A DNA stretch of 64,000 nucleotides from Octopus vulgaris (lineage: Eukaryota): positions 60,822,001 to 60,886,000 of the forward strand of contig OX597819.1 of NCBI GenBank assembly GCA_951406725.2. Reading direction: 5' to 3'. The translations under genes and the position numbers were made by a program. The first letter of the stretch is position 1; every line of letters begins with the position of its first letter. Below, one piece after another: positions 27,793 to 40,069 of the stretch. Under the pieces are notes generated by a model. It made no database searches and was not told the origin of the DNA. It saw only the letters and a program-made list of their open reading frames with translations.

Positions 27793-28579
27793 TAATGTAA
27801 TAAATATAATAGAATAAAAGAGACGCTGGTTTTGAATGAAGTATTCTTGGTTTCCATTTTTTTTTCAAATTGTTCTTTCTCTAATCAATATCTAATTTTC
27901 TTTCCAATTTAAGAATTCCAAAGTGATTAAAAATAGCAACCCGACTTGGTCTCCCGGAAGTCATTTGTATTCAGATCCTGCTTTCGTTTTTCTTTTTTGT
28001 AAATTTAAACTTTGCTTGTGTTTAGTTATTTTTTTATCTGTCTTTTTTTTTAACAAGAAATATGCTGCCGATTTGCAGTTTTACAAAACTAACAAACATT
28101 TTGTAAGAGCGACATTTTACTTGCAGCCTTTGCTTTAACATTGGTATGTAATCATTATATTTGTACATATGACTTTATTTTTAGGTGAAGAAAATGGTAT
28201 CCTGTGACGTTCATATCATTTCTTAAGGGTATTAGTGATAGAAAATTGAAAAAGAGCAGCATCTTGAGATCGATGTACTCTTAGCGTAGTTTTATTGTTT
28301 GTTGTTGTCTTGTTTCTTTGTTTACGTTACACATCACTAAAAATAGTATTTTCTGTTATTTCTGTCACACTACGTACTTCCACATCACAATTTACATTCC
28401 GTTGCAGAATTGGAAATTGACGCAGTAAATCAGGAAATAATGTATAAGTTATAAGTAGCAACGTTTGTTTTCTTATTTTTTTACTCGGTTCCTAGGACTA
28501 AAATAAGGCCGACTGCCCTATTTCCTTGGCCAGGATCACAACATCCCTCATACTCGAGATGCTGGTCTGTTGCAGTATT

Positions 28580-28945
28580 CAAAGCTTGAAATATTTGAAG
28601 GAAAGGAGTCAATTACATCGACCCCAATACTTCACTGCTACTTTATTTCATTGACCTCGAAGGGACATGAAGTAAAATTGACTTCGGCAAGATTTGAACT
28701 CAGGACGTTCAGAGCCAGAGGAAATGCCGCTCACTATTTTGTCCGACGTAGAAACGATTCCGCCTGCTCGCCGCCTTAACGCTTGCCTTTTTCTCATTTT
28801 TGGTATAAGGACAGCATTCATAATTTTTTAGAAGAGGGTACGAGTCGATTACATCGACCCCAAATTTAACAGGCATTTTATTTTATCGATTCTGAAAAGA
28901 TGAATAAGCAAAGTCGACCTCGGCAGTATTTGAACTTAGAACGTT
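28580..28945 (-). mobile_element. Two decayed SINE-A copies
   Basis: Diverged central domain and B box. Confidence 0.7.
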
Positions 28946-29168
28946 TAACCGGAAGACTAGTGTTAAATATAATGAAATATTTTACCTTTCGGTGCCAACA
29001 TAAAATTATGTAGGATCTGAAATGAATGGCTTAAACATAGACGTACTACAGTAGCGTTGAATACGTTGGAACATCCCAGCAAAATTTTTTATTCATATAC
29101 AAAAGACATCCCGAAGAACCAAAGCACCAAATATTTTCTTAAATATTATTTACATTATATATACCTAC

Positions 29169-29696
29169 GGGCATATGGCGTAGTGGTTAAGAGCGTAGGC
29201 TACTAACCCCAAGATTCCGAGTTCGATTCCAGGCAGTGACAATGATAATAATAATAATAACAACAACAACAGCGAAAAATACCTTAGGAATGGAAACCCA
29301 GGTTCGAAATTTCCCAAAGACACCTGATGAAGGCTGGAGGGTATATCAGCAACAAAGGCAGCGAACTGGCAGAAACGTTAGCACGCCGGGCGAAGTGCTT
29401 AGCGGTATTTCGTCTGTCTTTACGTTGTGAGTTCAAATTCCGCCGAGGTCAACTTCGCCTTTCATCCTTTCGGTGTCGATAAATTAAGTAATCTCCTTTC
29501 CTTCAAATAAATTAAGTAATCGACTTAATCGATGTAATCGACTTAATCCGTTTGTCTGTCCTTGTTTGTCCTCTCTGTGTTTAGCCCCTTGTGGGTAGTA
29601 AAGAAATAGGTATATCAGCAACAAACAAGATGAGGGCAAATATCCATCAAATGTAAATAATGTACAAAATTCCCCATCTCTTAAATATAGAACTGC
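29169..29696 (+). mobile_element. SINE-F (tRNA head, (AAT)n, CTGATGA-containing tail) interrupted by SINE-A
   Basis: GGGCATATGGCGTAGTGGTTAAGAGC...GAGTTCGATTCC A/B boxes; the 3' boundary is approximate. Confidence 0.65.
29357..29608 (+). mobile_element. Young SINE-A with 17-bp TSD
   Basis: TSD GGTATATCAGCAACAAA at 29340-29356 and 29609-29625. Confidence 0.92.
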
Positions 29697-29707
29697 ATTC
29701 TCTTAAA

Positions 29708-30033
29708 TGTGGAGGCACAATGGCCCAGTGGTTAGACCAGCGGACCTCGCGGTCGGAGGATCGCGGTTTCGATTCCCAGACCGGGCGTTGTGTGTGTGTT
29801 TATTGAGCGAAAATACCTAAAAGCTCCACGAGGCTCCGGCAGGGGGTGGTGGCGACCCCTGTTGTACTCTTTCGCCCCAACTTTCTCTCACTCTCTCTCT
29901 TCCTGTTCTTGAGTAACGCTGCGATGGACTGGCGTCCCGTCTAGCTGGGGGGATCACCTACGTCACAGAAACCGGGAAACCGGGCCGGGCCCATGAGCCT
30001 GGCTAGGCTTGAAAAGGGGCGATCATTTTTTTT
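29708..30033 (+). mobile_element. SINE-C head with tail type 2
   Basis: 10-bp TSD TTCTCTTAAA at 29698-29707 and 30034-30043; tail GCTGCGATGGACTGGCGTCCCG...GGCTAGGCTTGAAAAGGG plus oligo-T. Confidence 0.88.
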
Positions 30034-30595
30034 TTCTCTTAAACAGTTCAAATCACAGTAAAACGAAACATAAAATACAGGAAGTACAGTTAGTATTTTC
30101 CTATTAATCATTCCCGTCACAGAGGAGACCTAATGGCATCATATCTTGACTCTCTTCAGATCTTAAACAGCCCACACTCAAAGCATCCACGCAACTCACC
30201 TAGTTAACTACCATAACTACTCTTCAGGCATAATTTTTGTTTTTGCTCTACCAATATAACATTCTTCTGAAACCCTTGTCAGTCTTTATCGCAATACTCT
30301 CACACATCAATGAACAAAGCAGAAACACTTCAGAAATTTCAAGAGACCTCGACAGAACCACTTCTATCAAGAGAGAAAGTCATAAGGCAAGCACCAGTAT
30401 AGATAGTCTGTAATATATACATATATGCACAGGCGTGACTGTGTGGTAAGAAGTTTGTTTTCCACTTGGTTCAGGGTTCAGTCCAACTGTGTGGCATCTT
30501 GGGAAGTTTTTTTTCTACTATAGCCTAGAGTCGACCAAAGGCTTGTGAGTGGATTTGGTAGATGGAAACTCGAAGAAGCAAGTCAAATATATATG

Positions 30596-30629
<34 letters not shown>

Positions 30630-30694
30630 TGAACGATAAAAGTCGCCCTTTTCAAGCCTAGCCAGGTTCATGGGCCCGGTTTCCCGATCTCTGT

Positions 30695-30764
<70 letters not shown>

Positions 30765-30773
30765 AGGGGTAAG

Positions 30774-30798
30774 GCCCCTTGTGGGTAATAAAGAAATA
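30774..30798 (+). mobile_element. 25-nt 3'-terminal fragment of young SINE-A (or partner LINE) with 16-bp TSD
   Basis: GCCCCTTGTGGGTAATAAAGAAATA between two copies of GTGTGTGAGGGGTAAG (30758-30773, 30799-30814). Confidence 0.85.
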
Positions 30799-31569
30799 GT
30801 GTGTGAGGGGTAAGTCTATTACATCTACTCCAGTATTTGATAGATACTTTATTTTATCGACTCTAAAAGTCGATCTCAACGGCATTTGAACTCAGAGCGT
30901 AAAGAACTGGAAGAAAATATTGTTATGCACTTTGTTCGGCGTGCAACGCTTTAAATAGAATAATAACAATAACAACAAAGTTATTGTTTTTATTAAAATA
31001 TTGTGTTATAAAAGAGGGAGAGAAAAAAAAGTGAAGTTAAATTCAGCCTGGCTCAAAATTTGATTGGTTGAAGTCACATGAAAGACCTAAAATAAATTGC
31101 ATAAAAATACATCGTTTCTTGGAATGCTTAAATTTGTGTAGATTTTTTTTTACGAATATTACTTTTACTCTACGGCCCAACATACTATCTAACAAACGTA
31201 CACATATACGCATACGCATACATATATGCGTATGAGCTCTCCTTCTTACTCACCACCCCACCTCTCTTATCTATCTGTTCGTCTTTTTTCTCTTTCTCAA
31301 ATACACGCTATTTTATGCTTCATAAAACAAATACCGCGAGCAGAGACTTCCGTTTGTCTAGAATTCTGTTAATGTGGTTGGCATAAATATGTACATCGCT
31401 GAAATCTAAACATCCTTAAGGTAACTTTGTGTATATTTTATATCTCAGATTATTCTTGTCTTTTGCCGCCCAACTGCAAAGCTCGTTGAATGACGGCCTT
31501 ATTTAAATCTACCATCGTACCCATCTGCTAACAACCAAGCAGTTTTTGTCTTTTGTTGTCCTCACATTC

Positions 31570-31613
<44 letters not shown>

Positions 31614-31849
31614 CTTTTCGTTTTAGGTCAGTCTTTCCATATAAACATATTCAACTGTTGAGAAAAAAAGCATTCCATTTCAGTTTGCTGTAATTATTTT
31701 GAAAACAATGACAGCCATTAATTCACCTCAGATATTGTTAGAGATACCAGCAAAGAATTACAGGATGTGTTTTAATTCCAAACTAAATTTAGCACAGAGT
31801 TTCTAAAAAATATATTTCTTGTTTCTCAAATATGGAGATAATGATATAG

Positions 31850-32847
31850 GTTTCAAATTTAGCCACAAGGCAAGAAATTCTGAGAGGAGGGGAGCTTAGT
31901 CTATACCTTTGTCTACAACTTGTTCTAGACTGCTATATTATTTTAGCAGCCCCGAAAGTACAAAAGACCCAGTTGACCTCGGCGTGATTTGAACTCGGAG
32001 CATAGAGAACCAGAACAAATACCGCAGGGTATTTTATCCGACGCTCTAACGATTCTGTTGATTCACTTACCCGAATAATGTTTTCAAATTTTGGCCCAGG
32101 ACCACCAATTTCGGGGGAAGGAGTAAGTCGATTACATCGACCCTAGTGCTCAACTAGACAAAAGTTGACCTCGGCGGAATTTGAACTCAGAACGTAAAGA
32201 CGGACGAAATGCCGCTGAGCATTTTGTCCGGCGTGCTAACGTTTCCTCCAGTTCGCCGAACAAGGCTTCAAATTTGTGGGGAGGGGACTGGTTGATTAGC
32301 TCGACCGCAGTAAGCAACTGGTACTTAATTTATCGACCCCGAAAGGATGAAAGGCAAAGTCGACCTTGGCGGATTTTGAAGACAACAGAGCGACGGGCGA
32401 AATACCGTGAGGCATTTCGTCCAACGTGCTAACGGTTCTGCCAGCTAGCCGCCTTAAAAAAATCAAATTTTACCACAAGGGCAGCAATTTTGGGGTAGGG
32501 AAATTAGTCGATTAAATTGACCCCAGACACCAGCTGGTGCTTATTGTATCGACCCCGAAGGATGAAAGGCAAAGTCAACCTCGGCAGAATTTGAACTCAG
32601 AACGTAACGACGGGCGAAATACCTGTTTCTTTATTACCGTCTAAACATAGAGGGGACAAACAAGGACAGACAAACGGATTAAGTCGATTACATCGACCCC
32701 AGTGCGTAACTGGTACTTAATTTATCGACCCCGAAAGGATGAAAGGCAAAGTCGACCTCGGCAGAATTTGAACTCAGAACGTAACGGCAGACGAAATACG
32801 GCTACGCATTTCGCCCGTCGTGCTAACGGTTCTACCAGCTCACCGCC
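31850..32847 (-). mobile_element. Cluster of five SINE-A copies; young copy 32624-32847 nested at GGTATTTCG of an old copy
   Basis: Repeated motifs; junction GAAATACC|TGTTTCTTTATT at 32623/32624. Confidence 0.88.
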
Positions 32848-32861
32848 TTAATAATAATGAT

Positions 32862-33560
32862 CGCTTTTATTGGCCACAAGACATGGAGGACAATATCGAA
32901 AGTCGAGTTACAGCGCAAAAAAATTGCAAAAACATGTGGGTTTAACATCAATCAAGGGTAGATACTACCGATTAAAGAATATAACAGAGGATATATGCTA
33001 GAAAGCAGAGAAATAAATAATAAATAAATAGAATCCCCAACAGCAGGGCAGTCCACTTAGGGTAATCCGAGGTAAACCCCACACAAAAATTCCGGATTCC
33101 TCTGCCATCTCCAAGGCATGGGAAAATGCTCTCTTCCAGTTTCTTTCCTCCTTAGAATATCCTATTCAGAATAGATCCATTTAGTCTCATCAGTCTTGCC
33201 ACTGTCGACCACCTTTTGTTAAACACACTAGGTGGCAGCACCGCTCTCTCTACTCGCACCTTCCACTTCAAAAGATATTTGAAGAAATTGATGAGGGCTT
33301 GACTAGATAGGAATGTGTCTGTCTTCAAACCTTTCAGACGAGTCCACCACACAGCTTTTGCCACAGTCACTAAGAGAAAGCTCTGCCTTCCTTCTGTGTT
33401 TAGGGAAGGTGGTGCGTCGATCTTCACTATACACTCGGCAGATAGCTAACTTCGTCTTATTCGCGACAACAGCTGTTCCACACAATCCCAACAACGTACG
33501 AGCATTGAATTATTGCATACAGGACAGTTTCGTCCCCCAGCAAGCATCTCGGGTAGATTC
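32862..33560 (-). mobile_element. Tx1/L1-clade LINE 3' fragment (ORF2 C-terminus plus 3' UTR)
   Basis: Minus strand YPRCLLGDETVLYAIIQC (decayed CPxC...ETxxHxxxxC zinc knuckle), then ...AKAVWWTRLK...RW, stop at 33152, and a 3' UTR ending TGTCCTCCATGTCTTGTGGCCAATAAAAG. Confidence 0.78.
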
Positions 33561-34564
33561 AGCAACAATAATTTTAAACTTTTGGCACAAGCCAGCACGT
33601 TTAGTTGGGTGTTAGTCGATTACATAGACTCCGATACATTACAAGTACTCTATTTTTATCACCCTGAGAGGACGACAGGAAAAGTTGTCTTCGGTGGGAT
33701 TTGAACTCCGTACACAAAAAGCAGGAACTAGAGCACCCATCAAGTATTGGGTCAATGATATTTACTAACGTTCCACTCTAAAAACTGCTGGCCTTTTGCC
33801 TAAATCAGTAGAGCTATTAATGCAACATCTGACTCCTATGATTCTTTTATACTTTAATTCCATTATACTCTCATTCTATTATTCCTTCATTCTAGTATAC
33901 TCACAGTCTATTATGCTCTCATTCTATTATACTCTCCCTCACTCAGTTATTTTCTATTGATGGCACATTAAAATCGGGAGCAACTAAAGCGAGGAAACAT
34001 GTAATCAATGATAATTTAAAATAACTCGTCAAATGATTATAATCATTTGATTAGTTATTTTAAAAGATTAAATGTAATATAAGTCTTCTAGCACTGGCAG
34101 TTGCAAAAATTACATTTGATTAAATTTAACGAACGTCTTGACGTTTGGCAAGGTTCCATTCTTTGCAGTTATTTCGTATGCAATCTTTTTCCTATGGATT
34201 GATGTATTTAATAAGATAATTTTAATGAGGCCGGCCCTAAGTATTCTTGTCTTCACTGAATGTCTTATCCATACACGAGAAATTGTACGACTTTTAGAAA
34301 TTACATACATATCAAAACTCCATGACTAGTTGTGTGGTTAAGAAGCTCGTTTTGTAACCACCGGAGTTCGGGTTCTATCCAACGACGTGGTGCCTTGGGC
34401 AAGTGTCTTTTCTAGTATGTATGTATACGACGGGCTTTCAGTTTCCGTCTACCAAATCCACTCACAAGTTTTTTGTTAGACCAAGGCTGTAGTAGAAGAC
34501 TCTTGCCCAAAGTGTCACGCAGTGCAACTGAACCCGGGATCTTGTGGGTGGGAAGCAAGCCCAA

Positions 34565-34645
<81 letters not shown>

Positions 34646-34726
34646 CTGATGAATATGATACTTAAGTTGAGGCACCAGAATTTAGTACGGTATTATCCAT
34701 ACAATTTCAAAATAAGGTGATTAAAA

Positions 34727-35013
34727 TCCAGAGTTAATGCAGTATGATCATTTCATGCAACTCCATTTAATTGAACAATGCAATCATTTCATTCATCAAT
34801 TTAAAATGTAGAGCATTCTTCAGCTGCACAGACAGAATTTAATTAAATTAGAACAGAAGGACACATTAGTATAATTTTACCTAAGATCTCCAATAAGTTA
34901 AGGAGATAGACAAAGAACATGTACCGTCAACATCATAGTTGTAACTGGAATTTCAGTTACATTGTTCAATTAAATCTAGTTACATGAAACGATCGTACTG
35001 CATTACCTCTGGA
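34727..35013. mobile_element. MITE with ~58-bp TIRs
   Basis: TCCAGAGTTAATGCAGTATGATCATTTCATGCAACT... versus the reverse complement of ...AGTTACATGAAACGATCGTACTGCATTACCTCTGGA+TA. A related right end is at about 40665-40702. Confidence 0.75.
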
Positions 35014-35568
35014 TATCCTTGTTGCTTATTTTGTGGTTGGGAAGCAAGCTCCTTAATTGCGCAGCGATGCCTGCGCTTACGGATACATATAATACTCCTA
35101 TAACGATAGTAATTTCTAATACAGACACACAGGCGTGTACTTCAAAGAAGTGGTTCACTCAGTTGTATCAGATCCAGTTCTTGACTGTTATTCAGTTTAT
35201 TGATTCCAGGAGGAACGAATAATAAAGAGCAACAAAGGCCGGGCAGCAACTCTGAATATTAAAGGAGCTTATGGAAAAGTGATAAGGATATTTATTGCGT
35301 GCACTATTGCAATAAAGAGTCAATTGTTCAAGCCTAGACTTTCACGACCAGACATGTCCATCAACAAGTTTCCTTTATTTATCTGTTTGTTTTATATAAG
35401 ATTTTTGTTAACAATAGCGTCGTTGGTTACACGTTTGAAATGAGGTAATCACTGGTTCACTGCTCTTAATGATGTCGAGAATGACAAGAGACCGTTTATG
35501 CAACTCGGGTAGGATAAATACCACAAGGTATGTTTGTTCAAAAACATCGGTTTGTCGGCATTCTCATC

Positions 35569-35602
<34 letters not shown>

Positions 35603-36087
35603 CTTCTAATGATCCTGCCAGCTCGCCGCCATAGAAAATGGAACGAGATTGTGACGGTCATATTTCACATGTTGAACGAAATAATTACAATCAGGAATCG
35701 AACCTGGCTTGCTGGCTGCGACTTTACCATATGCACAGCGGCATGCATCATATTTACTGTAGGATCCCTAAATAGTCTTTCTACAATAGGCACAAGGCCT
35801 GACATTTTAGGGAGGGGTTAGTCAATTACATAGATCCAAGTGGTCAACTGCTACTTATTTCCTCGACCCATAAAAGGATGAATAGCAAAGTCAATCTCGG
35901 CAGAATTTGAACTCAGAACGTAAAGACGGACGAAACACCGCTAAGCTTTCTCCCCGGCGTGCTAACGATTCTGTCAGCTAGCCTCCTTAGGACCCGTAAA
36001 TATATCTTTCTGCAATACATACATGCGCATGTATGCAATGTATGCAGTGCAGTGTATGTATGTATGTAGTGTATGTATGTATAAGTG

Positions 36088-36378
36088 AGGGCACATGGTC
36101 TAGTGGTTATGGTATTGAACTTACTATTGCAAGATTGTGGTTTCAGTTCCTGGACCAGGTGGTGCATTGTGTTCTTGAGCAAAACACTTCATCTCTTCTC
36201 GCTCTGTGATGCCTGACGTGTTGTACATCGTACACCTGTCCAAGCAACATCGATTTGATGAAGGGACTGAGCAAATGTACAGCACATACATTTTATCATT
36301 ATCAATAAAATCATTTTGTGCAGGTTCTTTCGGCGAGAAATTTCAGAACTGTCTTTCATGGATCACGAGAGGCTACCA
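36088..36378 (+). mobile_element. SINE-E
   Basis: tRNA-like head GGCACATGGTCTAGTGGTTA...GGTTTCAGTTCC; body shared with 6553-6856. Confidence 0.7.
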
Positions 36379-36399
36379 CCATGTATGCATGTGTAGTAA

Positions 36400-36790
36400 A
36401 TTTCGGATTCCAGACACAGATGGAAGCCGATGTCGTGAGCAATGGTGCACAAGTACAGTTTACGTTGAACAGGACACCTTGTTCGGATGAATGATCAGAG
36501 GATCTTTAAACAGATGCTATATGGTGAACTTTTTTGTGAAAAAGCGCCCCCGGCAAAAGGCAGGACGACAATTCACGTCCTCATTAAAGACATGTGAGAC
36601 ATGGCAGGTCAGTAGGGGAAAGCAATGCTTTTCATCGCTACCAATGGAGTAAACAAGTAAAGGAAAGAGCGGATATTTTCGAAACCCCCTCCCCCCCAAA
36701 AACACGCATTTGCGGCAGAATTTAAGCCAGTTGCTTGAAAACGCACAACCAATGGAGGGAAGCCTGGTCTGTAACATAGGCGGTTGCGCA
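36400..36790 (+). mobile_element. RTE/BovB-like LINE 3' remnant
   Basis: Decayed LR*TGHLVRMNDQRIFKQMLYGEL motif. Confidence 0.7.
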
Positions 36791-36859
36791 TTTCTGTGTG
36801 TGTGTTTGTGCGCGTGTGTGTGTGTGTGTGTATATATAAGGTATGTATGTATGTATGTA

Positions 36860-37240
36860 CAGGCGTGGCTGTGTGGTAAGAAGCCTGCTTTTGTCCCACT
36901 GCAGGGCAACTTGGGCAAGTGTTTGCAAATACAAACTCGGGCCGACTAAAGCCTTTTGAGTGGATTTGGTAGAAGGAAGCGGAAAGAAGCCCGTCGTGTG
37001 TGAGTGTGTGTGTGTTTGTGTGTATACATACATACATACATATATGTGTGTTATATATATGTGTGTGTGTCTGTGTTTGGCCCCACCGATGTTGCTGTAT
37101 TTAGGTCTTCGTAACTTAGCGGTTCGGCAAAAGAAAACCGATAGAATAAATGCTAGGCTTAAAAAATAAGTCCTGGAGTGAATTTGTTGGACTAAAAACC
37201 CTTGGCTGCAGTCAAATGACTGAAACAAATAAAAGAATAA
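36860..37240 (+). mobile_element. SINE-B
   Basis: Head, (TG/TA) spacer and 3' block. Confidence 0.85.
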
Positions 37241-37477
37241 TTCCTTTTAATATTTATCAATCTTGTTTTTCTGACAGGAAACAACTGTCACAAATAAAAG
37301 ATTAGTTTCATAATAAAGAAATCTTTCTTCTATGCGTTACGCTCCTGACCTTTCTATTTACTAGTTTCAATCGAATTTCTAGAAGACATTTTGCATTACA
37401 TTTATAGATATGTCATCTATCTTTCTCTCTCCCCACTCTACCTACCTACCATCTGTCTGTCTGTCTGTCTGTCTATC

Positions 37478-37656
37478 ACTTGTTTCAGTCATTTGACTGC
37501 GGCCATGCTAGAGCACCACCCTTAGTCGAGAAAATCGACCCCAGTACTTATTCTTTGTTAACCTAGCACTTATTCCATCGGTTCTCTTTTGCCGAACCGC
37601 TAAGTTACGGGGACGTAAACACACCAGAATCGGTTGTCAAGCGATGTTGGGGTGAC

Positions 37657-37687
<31 letters not shown>

Positions 37688-37868
37688 CACATACACACAC
37701 ACACAAATATACGACGGGATTCTTTCAGTTTCCATCTACCAAATCCATTCACAAGGCTTTGGTCGGCCTATAGCAGAAGACACTTGCCCAAGGTGCCACG
37801 CAGTGGGACTGAACCCGGAACCATGTGGTTGGTAAGCAAGCTATTTACCACACAGCCACTCCTACGCC
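37478..37868 (-). mobile_element. SINE-B full length
   Basis: Complete reverse-complement copy, in inverted orientation to 36860-37240. Confidence 0.9.
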
Positions 37869-38274
37869 TATCTGTCTGTCTATTAATTTATCTATCTATT
37901 AATAATATGTTCTAATAATAGTATTCTAGGTCATAATGTTGTATAGCCCCATGTCAGGTTAAGTGCTATTAAACAAATCCACGTTAGAAGGTATTCCAGT
38001 CATGGCCATCTCTCCAACTTATGTTTCTATAGGACATTATTCAATGTGTACTTGTCGCATCTAGGACAGTAAACTGTGTGTGTGTGTGTGTGTATCTTTC
38101 CCTCTAAGTTTGTCCATTATCACGTGACAACCGGTGCCAGCTTGTTTATGATATCGTAACTTAGGGGTGAGGCAAAAGTGTACGAGACAGTAAGTATATA
38201 TATCAGGTCATTATGAACCCAGAACCATGTGGTTGGGAAGCAAGCTTCTTACCACACAGTCACGCCTATACATG

Positions 38275-38323
<49 letters not shown>

Positions 38324-38420
38324 CGGGAAGCTTTATGAAAATAAACAAAAGACGAAGGCAGGTGGAAAACAAACGAACAATTGTATTAGTATGACGCTCA
38401 GGAAATATAAATAAAACAAG

Positions 38421-38458
38421 TCTTTAACGTTTCGAGCCTACGCTCTTCAACAGAAAGA
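38421..38458 (-). ncRNA. Minimal type I hammerhead-like motif, variant core CUGUUGA
   Basis: rc = UCUUU-CUGUUGA-A-GAGC(GUAG)GCUC-GAAA-CG-UU-AAAGA; perfect 5-bp stem I, 4-bp stem II, palindromic AACGUU loop 3. Confidence 0.7.
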
Positions 38459-38848
38459 TACACAGAGAGAGAAAAACACAGAAAGAAGGAGAGAAAAAAT
38501 GCGTGCAGTAGCTAACGAATCAACATGGCGATCTGATTTCGGTCAGAGGTCAAAGATCAAACATGAGACGCGAGAGCGAAATAAGGGGAGATAATAGGGT
38601 TGATAAAAGGGTTGAGGGACCAGCTAATAGTGCGTAGGAGGGGTCTGGATGTGTGTATGTATAGGGTTGGTGTATGTATTAGTATGTATAAGGGTGTGTG
38701 TGTGTGTGTGTGTATGAGAGAGTATTAGTGCGTAGGATTGGTCTGGACGTGCGTATGTAGGCAGAGTTTACGAAAAAAAACAAAAGACGAAGACAGGTGG
38801 TGTACAAAACAAACAAATGTATTAGTATAACGCTCAGGAATAGAAAGT

Positions 38849-38884
38849 CTTTTACATTTCGAGCCTACGGTCTTCTACAGAAAG
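38849..38884 (-). ncRNA. Hammerhead-like motif (family 1, core CUGUAGA)
   Basis: rc = CUUU-CUGUAGA-A-GACC(GUAG)GCUC-GAAA-UG-UA-AAAG; second tandem copy. Confidence 0.6.
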
Positions 38885-39263
38885 GGACACAGAAAAAACA
38901 AGGAGAGAAACCAGGAGAGAAAAAAATGTGTAGTGGCTACACGATGTAAATATACATGTATGTATATATACAATGTAAATATACATGTATATATATATGT
39001 AAATATACGTGTATATATATATGTACGTATGCATATATATATAATATGTATGCAGGCATATACATGTATATATATATACATGTGTGTAGATATATATATA
39101 TACACACACACATATACAAAGGCGTGACAGTGGTAAGAAGCTTGCTTCCCAACCAATGGATCGGGGTTCATAATGACCTGATATATATACTTATGTGTAT
39201 ATATTTGTATGTATGTATATATAAATACATGCATATATACACACACACATATATATATACAAA

Positions 39264-39480
39264 AGGCGGCGAGCTGACAGACTCGTTAGCACGCCGGGCG
39301 AAATGCGTAGCCGTATTTCGTCTGCCGTTACGTTCTGAGTTCAAATTCCACCGAGGTCGACTTTGCCTTTCATCCTTTCGGGGTCGAAAAATTAAGTACC
39401 AGTTACGCCCTGGGGTCGATGTAATCGACATAATCCGTTTGTCCCCTCTGTGTTTAGCCCCTTGTGGGCAGTAGTGAAAT
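39264..39480 (+). mobile_element. Young-tail SINE-A
   Basis: Full head, central domain and tail, inserted in an (AC/AT) microsatellite. Confidence 0.88.
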
Positions 39481-39941
39481 ACACACACACATATATATAC
39501 ATATATACATGCATTATCATCATCGTCGCCATCGTTATGATCATTAACATCTCCATTATCTTCATTGGCATCACCGTCGTTTTCATCATCATCGTATTTA
39601 TTATCACCGTCGTTGTCCTCCCCCCTCCTAGTCCTCCTCATCCTCCTCCCCATTCTCGTCCTCCTCCATCCCTTCCTCCACATCATAGTCATCATTATCA
39701 TGTCCTCTCTTTTTCCTTCACCTCATCTGCAACAACATCTGTAATAGTAGAAGAAACAGCGTCAGCAAAACGATTTTGTTCGGCAAACGTTATCACATTG
39801 ATCTCTTTCATACATTTTCTACTTTCTTTTAGTTTTATGAAATTTTCCTAATTGTTTCGCAACTGTAATCAATTTTTATTTCAATCTACGATCATTCAAC
39901 AGATTTTCTTTGTACTTACATATATACACACACACACACAC

Positions 39942-39988
<47 letters not shown>

Positions 39989-40069
39989 GTATTTACAAGT
40001 ATGAATACATACACACATGTGTGTATATATACGTGTATATATCTGTGTGTGTTCGTACCAAAAGCAGAT

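Noticed and set aside
28950-28965. GGAAGACTAGTG resembling miR-7
   Set aside because: 12-nt match only, at the edge of a SINE remnant, with no precursor hairpin.
30230-30290. Minus-strand ECYIGRAK as GIY-YIG endonuclease (and a TFQ..G.N-like stretch at ~24700)
   Set aside because: Short motifs only, with no supporting frame or upstream GIY.
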